NCBI GenBank assembly: GCA_965644265.1
Contig: OZ286469.1
Coordinates: 54,932,001 to 54,996,000 of the forward strand
Length of the DNA: 64,000 bases
Origin: Glycera tridactyla
Lineage: Eukaryota
Reading direction: 5' to 3'
The stretch's first letter is position 1; the number at the start of each line of letters is the position of its first letter. The position numbers were made by a program, and so were the translations under genes. Shown piece by piece: positions 25,401-37,400 of this stretch. Under the pieces are notes generated by a model. That model did no database searches, was not told the DNA's origin, and saw nothing but the letters and a program-made list of their open reading frames with translations.

Positions 25401-28400
25401 AAATTTTACACAATATGTCGATATTGTTCGGCGACATGGATGACTCATCCCAGTATATACCGAGAAGTAATCTTATGCTGCTAATGGAATTTAAAATCAT
25501 CACAGGTTCTTACCATTAGTGTGGTCCTTGTGAGGATGATGATACTTTAGAACAAAGCAGCATTGGAATTATGCAAGGATCAAATGGATGAGATTCCAGA
25601 GCTGGATTTATGTATTGACATGGTGAAAAGTAGAAGAATTTGTGTTCAAATCATTCTGTGTATATTCCCATACTATGTTTTGCATTTAAAACAAAAGCGT
25701 TATACAAACAGAGTTTTTTCCGGATAGATGAGGGAGGTTGACTTCATTCACATTTTGTTGAATTTCCCTCTATTTATGTTAACTGTAGACGCTGCCAGGG
25801 AGATTGTATATTTGTGAATTGTGGTAGGATACTATTGGAACAATGTAATATCTAATTCTTAATCGCATATAGACAAGCTCGTATGTACTATTTATTATTA
25901 TGTATTGACTGGGTTTGAAAATTGCATACTTGGTCGACATCATGTGATGACACTTGAGATGCATTAAGAACCACAATTTTTATTGCTGGCTTCATCTCAA
26001 ATATGTATTAAGTTGGTAGCTGTACACTCTGAGAGTCAGTCAATTATTTCTTTATTACCTTATTTTATTTTATTTTATTTTCAAATGAAGGGAGTTGACC
26101 TCATCCACATAGTTGTTGAAATTCCCCTTTATTAAGTGGGTATTTGCACATCCTGGGAGTCAATTAATTATTTCTTATTTTGTTTCATTTCCCATATTGT
26201 CATGTTATATCATGTCATGATGAACTTATTTCCCGAAAAACTAGTTTGACAACGGTAATGAACTCATGTAGTTTAGTATCGTAAATTAATTTAACGAGTG
26301 GCTAGACCAGACTTTTTTTGCCTGAATAGGCACCAGGAATTACTAACTTTTCTCATACTTAGACAATAATGATCGGGAGTATGGCCATTTTGGGTCAGGA
26401 ACAACCTCGATAGAATGGGAAGCGAGCATGTGCAGCCAGGCGAGTCTGACGGACGGTGATACTGATAAATCATCAGACCATGACAAAATAGACATCCCTA
26501 CTAATCACTTGAATGTTGACAGCGCTGCTGCTAGTATTCCTGTTGGGAAAACAAGTGAAGATCTAAGCAGAATACCTAAATTGGATATGAGCTGGGTAAC
26601 CGAATCGATTACTTTTCAAAAGCTGTTAGATGAAAAAATTGCTCTAGCTCTTACTGACTATGTGGCGTTAAGTGCGAACCTGGATAGGCTGTCACTCACT
26701 CTTGTATCAAATCATGCGGATAACATTCTAGATGAAAAGATTCAACAGAGGATAGACGACGTTCAAAACAAATGTAGAATGGATATGGAAGCCTATGTGG
26801 AGGATACTGTAAAGGGAACTACTGAAGTATGTAAAGAAGAGCTTCTTGAAAAACATTCAACACTTGCTACCATAGTTCAAGATCAGAACACTCGGATTAA
26901 TACTATTGAATCGCGTTTGAATAGCTATGCGGCAGAGGTTGATCAAGAACTTAAGTCGTTGAAAGCGGCTAGGATTGTTGACCCCCCAAGGATAGGAGAA
27001 GATTCTCAACAGTACGAGGAAATGGATCTACCGGAGATGAAGGAACTAATTGCACTTTTATGTCTTCGATTAGAAGAACATGATTCGAGATTGGAAAAGA
27101 CTGAAATTGATATTGATATCCTTCAAAAAATTGAAAGACTTAGTGTGATCATTGTGGAAGGTATGCCCTTCAAACGAGGTTCTACTTTACTGGACCAGTT
27201 GACTAAATTTCTGAAAGATCAGATTGGTGTACAGGTAACAGGTGCAGATATATCGCAAGTTGTTCGTTTCGGCCCTGTTCGAGAAAACAAACCCAGATCA
27301 TTGCTGGTTAGATTCTGCAATTCAAACATGCGTAGAGTTGTTTTGAAACAAAAACACAAGTTGCACAAGACTGAGTATTTTATTCGAGAATTCCTCACGC
27401 CATGGGAGAGCAAACTCTTCAATCTTGCAAGGGACACAAAAAGGCAAAGTCTTATAAAATTTGCCTGGACCCAGGATGGAAGGGTTTGCGTCTCTCATGG
27501 TCGAGAGGAAAAGAAATTCATCCTGTATGACCATACCACGTTGCATGATGCGATCAACAAAGGAGGTGATAGTACACAGCAGGGACATGGACCTGATGTT
27601 GGTGAGACTGTTGGGGGAGACAAGACACGTGACTGACAATGCTCAGATGGGGTCATAGATGAAACAGTATCCAACATGGAAACTAATGATTCTGTGGACC
27701 CAAATACTACCGCGATACCTTGTAGTTTCTCAGACTTCATACCACCCACTTTCAAAATACCACATTCACAAAAAAAAGATAAAACTCTACCCAAACCTGA
27801 CAAAGACCCACACCTTTCTAAACAACCATGGAATCTGGTTAAAGCAGGGAAATCGCTACAAAGAATGAGAGAAAAAGTGGGAAACGAAATGAAAAAGGGT
27901 AAAGATATGAAACAGCCTAAAATCAGTTTTGGTTCCTCTTACATACCAGATCCGATAGTATTTCCTGACCTGAAAAGTGCTATGTCTGCTGCTGCCGCTG
28001 GTAAAGGAAACCGTGGTGGATCACAGAGTGCGAAACGCGGTCAGCGTCATGGCCAAAATCGAACGAGCCGCAGTGGAGGGAAGAACTCATAGCGCATGTG
28101 TAGTCGGCTATATCCGGGCCGAACACGAGAAACAATATGACAAGTTACGCGAATCAAATAGCGAAAAGAAGATGTATAGAGTGGGATGAAGGCTATCGCA
28201 ATACGGTAATATATTGAATAACTTCTTAGGAGTGTATTGGCAAAGTGTATTGCATATGAATTGAATGAAACGGTGATTATAGATCGGTAAACAATGTAGT
28301 GCTCACGCCCACGTGTACACTTGACCCGGATTGACCACATGGTACGCGCACGTGTGCGCTTTATAGAAACAATACTTCGAGTTAGAATGAATGGTTTTCT

Positions 28401-31400
28401 TGCCCTGATTAGGACTATTATCTAAATTGCTCTCGCCAAAGAGTTGATCAGTTTGGGAATATAATTATTACTGGCGGACTATTTTCCACTGAATTTATTG
28501 ACAGGTAAAATTTATTCGCTTACTAATAAAAATTTATTGCACGCCCCATAAATAATTATTTCATGATTTATTGCAGATTAAACCGCCTGTGGCTGAACAG
28601 ATAGCAAAAGATCGAGTAACACTGTTACCAGAAAACTGCCCGATATATCGTAGAAGACGACAATTGGAGATTCGAGGTGCACCACGGGTGCTTTACCTGG
28701 GCAGCAGTCATGTGTGGCGCTTAGGAAAGTTCGTTAGGAATATGTCGGATGATGACAACTTGAAAGAAGTTATGTCAGCATGGTCTTACTATGGGATCAG
28801 TGGGGCAAGCTGGGCCTGCTTTGCCAAAGAAGTCCGTGGCTCCTTTGCCAATACTCCAGCAGGAGCCAAGAAAGCCAGGATGTATGGTGATACACTTACA
28901 AAGATAAAATCCCAGGGAATCACTTTTGACTATATTGTTTTAGTATTGGGGTCAAATGACATTGGGCGTTTTTCAACTAGAACAAAGTCTGCAGTGTACC
29001 GCATTGTGGACCCGAGAATTCGAAATAGAATGATCACCAAAATGAGAATGGATGAATTCAAATTTCTGACTGGAAAGATAGTGGAGATACTGCTCATGTT
29101 GAAGAGTCATTTTCCATTAGCCAAATTCAGCAATATTCCCATTACTTGGCGCCCGGATTGGGATGATGAGTCACGTGTCTTGGCGCTATGGGTGGATCAT
29201 TATCTGAGCAACCATGGTCCAGTTGAAATGATGTTTCTACATACTCACTATTTGTTTGTCAAAGCGTACAGGCACATTAAGCCTGCCTTCAGTCTCCATG
29301 GAAAAAAGAAACCAAAGAAGAAGTCCTGTTCTCATGGAGAAATCCTCTCAGGTATGCTATTGCCAGATAGGGTACATTTGAACAATCATGGAAATCGTGC
29401 TGTTTGTCTTAATACAGTTGGGGGTCTACTGGACAATTGGTTCTATGCAAGTTAGGAAAGAGTTGACCATAAACCAGATTTCTATCACATTAGATTATAT
29501 TATGTAATGGTGTAATTATATTATATTATGCTTATATTCTTCCACATAGGAGTATCGATGTTTGATTGGATATCCCTGGAACAGAGTATGAGGGAGATGT
29601 GCCACTGACATATAATGTCCATTAAAAAAAAAACTTGGTTTATAGCAAAAAAAATTTTTATAGGTATTGAAATGCATATATTACCTCAGGCTCTTACCGT
29701 TTGGTGGTCCTTGGGGAAATACTAAATGCAACTTCCAAATTTAAGAGGATCTCGGAAATTAAAATGTAAATGGAACATTATGTGTGACTCTGAGGTACCA
29801 TGAATGAAGAGATGTTTGTCAAGTAAGTGCAAAAAATTGATATATGTTTCACATGTATGTGCTAGTAAGGTGAGGAACAAACAGCAAAACAAAATCAATA
29901 ACAAAAGAAAAAAATTCCTACGTCTTTATTCTGTTGTCTAGGGGCTTTGTCTTGGATGCCGGTTAGTGAAGATTGAAAAACACAATGTGTCCCAGGTTTT
30001 CACCGTTTGGATGATCCTTGTGGCAATATACTGTGTTGATATGTGAACTCACTGATTGGCATCTACGACATGGCCCTGGACCAATGGATGAATACGACAG
30101 ACATGTTCTATAGTTTGTTTTAATGATGCGTAACTTTTATAAATTTAATAGAAATGAGCAATGGAGATCATTGTTAATCTAAGTGTGGGGGCATCGTAAT
30201 ATGAAACTACAACGGTACTTATCCCTTCTGGATGGGTGTTAAGAAATTTTACACAATATGTCGATATTGTTCGGCGACATGGATGACTCATCCCAGTATA
30301 TACCGAGAAGTAATCTTATGCTGCTAATGGAATTTAAAATCATCACAGGTTCTTACCATTAGTGTGGTCCTTGTGAGGATGATGATACTTTAGAACAAAG
30401 CAGCATTGGAATTATGCAAGGATCAAATGGATGAGATTCCAGAGCTGGATTTATGTATTGACATGGTGAAAAGTAGAAGAATTTGTGTTCAAATCATTCT
30501 GTGTATATTCCCATACTATGTTTTGCATTTAAAACAAAAGCGTTATACAAACAGAGTTTTTTCCGGATAGATGAGGGAGGTTGACTTCATTCACATTTTG
30601 TTGAATTTCCCTTTATTTATGTTAACTGTAGACGCTGCCAGGGAGATTGTATATTTGTGAATTGTGGTAGGATACTATTGGAACAATGTAATATCTAATT
30701 CTTAATCGCATATAGACAAGCTCGTATGTACTATTTATTATTATGTATTGACTGGGTTTGAAAATTGCATACTTGGTCGACATCATGTGATGACACTTGA
30801 GATGCATTAAGAACCACAATTTTTATTGCTGGCTTCATCTCAAATATGTATTAAGTTGGTAGCTGTACACTCTGAGAGTCAGTCAATTATTTCTTTATTA
30901 CCTTATTTTATTTTATTTTATTTTCAAATGGAGGGAGTTGACCTCATCCACATAGTTGTTGAAATTCCCCTTTATTAAGTGGGTATTTGCACATCCTGGG
31001 AGTCAATTAATTATTTCTTATTTTGTTTCATTTCCCATATTGTCATGTTATATCATGTCATGATGAACTTATTTCCCGAAAAACTAGTTTGACAACGGTA
31101 ATGAACTCATGTAGTTTAGTATCGTAAATTAATTTAACGAGTGGCTAGACCAGACTTTTTTTGCCTGAATAGGCACCAGGAATTACTAACTTTTCTCATA
31201 CTTAGACAATAATGATCGGGAGTATGGCCATTTTGGGTCAGGAACAACCTCGATAGAATGGGAAGCGAGCATGTGCAGCCAGGCGAGTCTGACGGACGGT
31301 GATACTGATAAATCATCAGACCATGACAAAATAGACATCCCTACTAATCACTTGAATGTTGACAGCGCTGCTGCTAGTATTCCTGTTGGGAAAACAAGTG

Positions 31401-34400
31401 AAGATCTAAGCAGAATACCTAAATTGGATATGAGCTGGGTAACCGAATCGATTACTTTTCAAAAGCTGTTAGATGAAAAAATTGCTCTAGCTCTTACTGA
31501 CTATGTGGCGTTAAGTGCGAACCTGGATAGGCTGTCACTCACTCTTGTATCAAATCATGCGGATAACATTCTAGATGAAAAGATTCAACAGAGGATAGAC
31601 GACGTTCAAAACAAATGTAGAATGGATATGGAAGCCTATGTGGAGGATACTGTAAAGGGAACTACTGAAGTATGTAAAGAAGAGCTTCTTGAAAAACATT
31701 CAACACTTGCTACCATAGTTCAAGATCAGAACACTCGGATTAATACTATTGAATCGCGTTTGAATAGCTATGCGGCAGAGGTTGATCAAGAACTTAAGTC
31801 GTTGAAAGCGGCTAGGATTGTTGACCCCCCAAGGATAGGAGAAGATTCTCAACAGTACGAGGAAATGGATCTACAGGAGATGAAGGAACTAATTGCACTT
31901 TTATGTCTTCGATTAGAAGAACATGATTCGAGATTGGAAAAGACTGAAATTGATATTGATATCCTTCAAAAAATTGAAAGACTTAGTGTGATCATTGTGG
32001 AAGGTATGCCCTTCAAACGAGGTTCTACTTTACTGGACCAGTTGACTAAATTTCTGAAAGATCAGATTGGTGTACAGGTAACAGGTGCAGATATATCGCA
32101 AGTTGTTCGTTTCGGCCCTGTTCGAGAAAACAAACCCAGATCATTGCTGGTTAGATTCTGCAATTCAAACATGCGTAGAGTTGTTTTGAAACAAAAACAC
32201 AAGTTGCACAAGACTGAGTATTTTATTCGAGAATTCCTCACGCCATGGGAGAGCAAACTCTTCAATCTTGCAAGGGACACAAAAAGGCAAAGTCTTATAA
32301 AATTTGCCTGGACCCAGGATGGAAGGGTTTGCGTCTCTCATGGTCGAGAGGAAAAGAAATTCATCCTGTATGACCATACCACGTTGCATGATGCGATCAA
32401 CAAAGGAGGTGATAGTACACAGCAGGGACATGGACCTGATGTTGGTGAGACTGTTGGGGGAGACAAGACACGTGACTGACAATGCTCAGATGGGGTCATA
32501 GATGAAACAGTATCCAACATGGAAACTAATGATTCTGTGGACCCAAATACTACCGCGATACCTTGTAGTTTCTCAGACTTCATACCACCCACTTTCAAAA
32601 TACCACATTCACAAAAAAAAAGATAAAACTCTACCCAAACCTGACAAAGACCCACACCTTTCTAAACAACCATGGAATCTAGTTAAAGCAGGGAAATCGC
32701 TACAAAGAATGAGAGAAAAAGTGGGAAACGAAATGAAAAAGGGTAAAGATATGAAACAGCCTAAAATCAGTTTTGGTTCCTCTTACATACCAGATCCGAT
32801 AGTATTTCCTGACCTGAAAAGTGCTATGTCTGCTGCTGCCGCTGGTAAAGGAAACCGTGGTGGATCACAGAGTGCGAAACGCGGTCAGCGTCATGGCCAA
32901 AATCGAACGAGCCGCAGTGGAGGGAAGAACTCATAGCGCATGTGTAGTCGGCTATATCCGGGCCGAACACGAGAAACAATATGACAAGTTACGCGAATCA
33001 AATAGCGAAAAGAAGATGTATAGAGTGGGATGAAGGCTATCGCAATACGGTAATATATTGAATAACTTCTTAGGAGTGTATTGGCAAAGTGTATTGCATA
33101 TGAATTGAATGAAACGGTGATTATAGATCGGTAAACAATGTAGTGCTCACGCCCACGTGTACACTTGACCCGGATTGACCACATGGTACGCGCACGTGTG
33201 CGCTTTATAGAAACAATACTTCGAGTTAGAATGAATGGTTTTCTTGCCCTGATTAGGACTATTATCTAAATTGCTCTCGCCAAAGAGTTGATCAGTTTGG
33301 GAATATAATTATTACTGGCGGACTATTTTCCACTGAATTTATTGACAGGTAAAATTTATTCGCTTACTAATAAAAATTTATTGCACGCCCCATAAATAAT
33401 TATTTCATGATTTATTGCAGATTAAACCGCCTGTGGCTGAACAGATAGCAAAAGATCGAGTAACACTGTTACCAGAAAACTGCCCGATATATCGTAGAAG
33501 ACGACAATTGGAGATTCGAGGTGCACCACGGGTGCTTTACCTGGGCAGCAGTCATGTGTGGCGCTTAGGAAAGTTCGTTAGGAATATGTCGGATGATGAC
33601 AACTTGAAAGAAGTTATGTCAGCATGGTCTTACTATGGGATCAGTGGGGCAAGCTGGGCCTGCTTTGCCAAAGAAGTCCGTGGCTCCTTTGCCAATACTC
33701 CAGCAGGAGCCAAGAAAGCCAGGATGTATGGTGATACACTTACAAAGATAAAATCCCAGGGAATCACTTTTGACTATATTGTTTTAGTATTGGGGTCAAA
33801 TGACATTGGGCGTTTTTCAACTAGAACAAAGTCTGCAGTGTACCGCATTGTGGACCCGAGAATTCGAAATAGAATGATCACCAAAATGAGAATGGATGAA
33901 TTCAAATTTCTGACTGGAAAGATAGTGGAGATACTGCTCATGTTGAAGAGTCATTTTCCATTAGCCAAATTCAGCAATATTCCCATTACTTGGCGCCCGG
34001 ATTGGGATGATGAGTCACGTGTCTTGGCGCTATGGGTGGATCATTATCTGAGCAACCATGGTCCAGTTGAAATGATGTTTCTACATACTCACTATTTGTT
34101 TGTCAAAGCGTACAGGCACATTAAGCCTGCCTTCAGTCTCCATGGAAAAAAGAAACCAAAGAAGAAGTCCTGTTCTCATGGAGAAATCCTCTCAGGTATG
34201 CTATTGCCAGATAGGGTACATTTGAACAATCATGGAAATCGTGCTGTTTGTCTTAATACAGTTGGGGGTCTACTGGACAATTGGTTCTATGCAAGTTAGG
34301 AAAGAGTTGACCATAAACCAGATTTCTATCACATTAGATTATATTATGTAATGGTGTAATTATATTATATTATGCTTATATTCTTCCACATAGGAGTATC

Positions 34401-37400
34401 GATGTTTGATTGGATATCCCTGGAACAGAGTATGAGGGAGATGTGCCACTGACATATAATGTCCATTAAAAAAAAAACTTGGTTTATAGCAAAAATTTTT
34501 TTTATAGGTATTGAAATGCATATATTACCTCAGGCTCTTACCGTTTGGTGGTCCTTGGGGAAATACTAAATGCAACTTCCAAATTTAAGAGGATCTCGGA
34601 AATTAAAATGTAAATGGAACATTATGTGTGACTCTGAGGTACCATGAATGAAGAGATGTTTGTCAAGTAAGTGCAAAAAATTGATATATGTTTCACATGT
34701 ATGTGCTAGTAAGGTGAGGAACAAACAGCAAAACAAAATCAATAACAAAAGAAAAAAATTCCTACGTCTTTATTCTGTTGTCTAGGGGCTTTGTCTTGGA
34801 TGCCGGTTAGTGAAGATTGAAAAACACAATGTGTCCCAGGTTTTCACCGTTTGGATGATCCTTGTGGCAATATACTGTGTTGATATGTGAACTCACTGAT
34901 TGGCATCTACGACATGGCCCTGGACCAATGGATGAATACGACAGACATGTTCTATAGTTTGTTTTAATGATGCGTAACTTTTATAAATTTAATAGAAATG
35001 AGCAATGGAGATCATTGTTAATCTAAGTGTGGGGGCATCGTAATATGAAACTACAACGGTACTTATCCCTTCTGGATGGGTGTTAAGAAATTTTACACAA
35101 TATGTCGATATTGTTCGGCGACATGGATGACTCATCCCAGTATATACCGAGAAGTAATCTTATGCTGCTAATGGAATTTAAAATCATCACAGGTTCTTAC
35201 CATTAGTGTGGTCCTTGTGAGGATGATGATACTTTAGAACAAAGCAGCATTGGAATTATGCAAGGATCAAATGGATGAGATTCCAGAGCTGGATTTATGT
35301 ATTGACATGGTGAAAAGTAGAAGAATTTGTGTTCAAATCATTCTGTGTATATTCCCATACTATGTTTTGCATTTAAAACAAAAGCGTTATACAAACAGAG
35401 TTTTTTCCGGATAGATGAGGGAGGTTGACTTCATTCACATTTTGTTGAATTTCCCTTTATTTATGTTAACTGTAGACGCTGCCAGGGAGATTGTATATTT
35501 GTGAATTGTGGTAGGATACTATTGGAACAATGTAATATCTAATTCTTAATCGCATATAGACAAGCTCGTATGTACTATTTATTATTATGTATTGACTGGG
35601 TTTGAAAATTGCATACTTGGTCGACATCATGTGATGACACTTGAGATGCATTAAGAACCACAATTTTTATTGCTGGCTTCATCTCAAATATGTATTAAGT
35701 TGGTAGCTGTACACTCTGAGAGTCAGTCAATTATTTCTTTATTACCTTATTTTATTTTATTTTATTTTCAAATGAAGGGAGTTGACCTCATCCACATAGT
35801 TGTTGAAATTCCCCTTTATTAAGTGGGTATTTGCACATCCTGGGAGTCAATTAATTATTTCTTATTTTGTTTCATTTCCCATATTGTCATGTTATATCAT
35901 GTCATGATGAACTTATTTCCCGAAAAACTAGTTTGACAACGGTAATGAACTCATGTAGTTTAGTATCGTAAATTAATTTAACGAGTGGCTAGACCAGACT
36001 TTTTCTGCCTGAATAGGCACCAGGAATTACTAACTTTTCTCATACTTACTACTGCCGCACGAATATAGTAGCTAAGCTACACATTTGATAAAACGCTCAT
36101 ATTTAGATGTAATTGGCGCTTATATTAGGAAATTTTATTTTTCAAATCAGTACCTTAGCTGATTCATTATATATTAATAAAATTCATAAACTTATTTACT
36201 CTTTACATGGCACCCCAGCAAGCAGATAGTGAGGTCTCAACTACTAGAAACCGGACAGTGCAGCTTGATACGGCGGAAGATATCAAAAAATTAAAAGGTG
36301 TTAAAATTGCCCATCTGAATATTAGAGGCATCATACGTAAAATATGTGATCTCCAATTATTATTGCTGCAAAGCAACATTGACATACTGGTCGTCGCAGA
36401 AACTTTTTTATCATCTACAACAAGCAACAATGAAATTTATATACCGGGTTATTATATTATCAGGGCAGATCGAACAGCTGAAAGTAGAAGACAATGTGGA
36501 GGGGGGTTATTGGTTTATGTTCGAAAGGATAGAATTGTAGAATTCATTGAAGAGTTTGTAATCTGTTGTCCTGATGTAGAAGGTCTATGGTTCAAATTGT
36601 TGCTACCTGATACGCGTCCTATTTTTGTATGCGGCATGTACAGACCACCGCATGGTAACCCTGGTATCTTTGCAGATTGGATCGAGGATAATATATTGAC
36701 ATATGGTCTAGATGATAACGTAGATATTGTATTGATTGGAGATGCAAATATAGATTTAAAAAAATGCAGATCTACGAATCATTATGTGAAAACATTAAAA
36801 AACAATGGTCTTCAACAGCTAATCGATATAGATACCAGGGTTACTACTGAATCGAGGACACTGATTGATCATATTTCTGTGAATAGGCCAGATTTGTATC
36901 ATCAACATGGAGTACTGGAATGTGGAATCTCTGATCATAGTCTAATAATTGCAGCAAGGAAAAAGTTACATAAGTCAAGGACATCTACGTTTGCCTTCTT
37001 TAAGGATTATTCCAAGACTGATTTAGAGAAGCTTAAGTATGACATAGTAACATACGACTGGTCGATATTCTACGCAACTAACGACGCCAACATATGTACT
37101 GACATCTTCCACCAGGTTTTGAACTCTTTAATAGATATCCATGTGCCACTGAAGCGGCACCGTCTAACAAACAACTGGCCCAAATGGCTGAATGGCGAAT
37201 ATTTAGACTTGGTAAAAGAAAGACAATTAGCAAATAAGCACTTCAAAATAAATAGTAGTGAAGATAATAAATTGTATAAAAGAGAAATTGAAAAAAAATT
37301 TATTAAACTAAAACGTCAACTCCAAAGAGAATTCATTACAAATTCTATAGCAGACCAAAAAGAAAACCCTAAAAAAATGTGGGAGATCTTGAATACTTTT

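Larger units (their letters stand above)
11832..36047 (+). repeat. Five head-to-tail copies of a 4843-bp unit (starts 11832, 16675, 21518, 26361, 31204)
   Basis: ORF track repeats with period 4843; identical junction ..ctcatactt|agacaataat at all four boundaries. Confidence 0.97.

Noticed and set aside
12690-35663. Small ORFs (60-105 aa, both strands) that recur five times
   Set aside because: Recurrence only reflects the tandem copies; no motifs and no counterpart in B.
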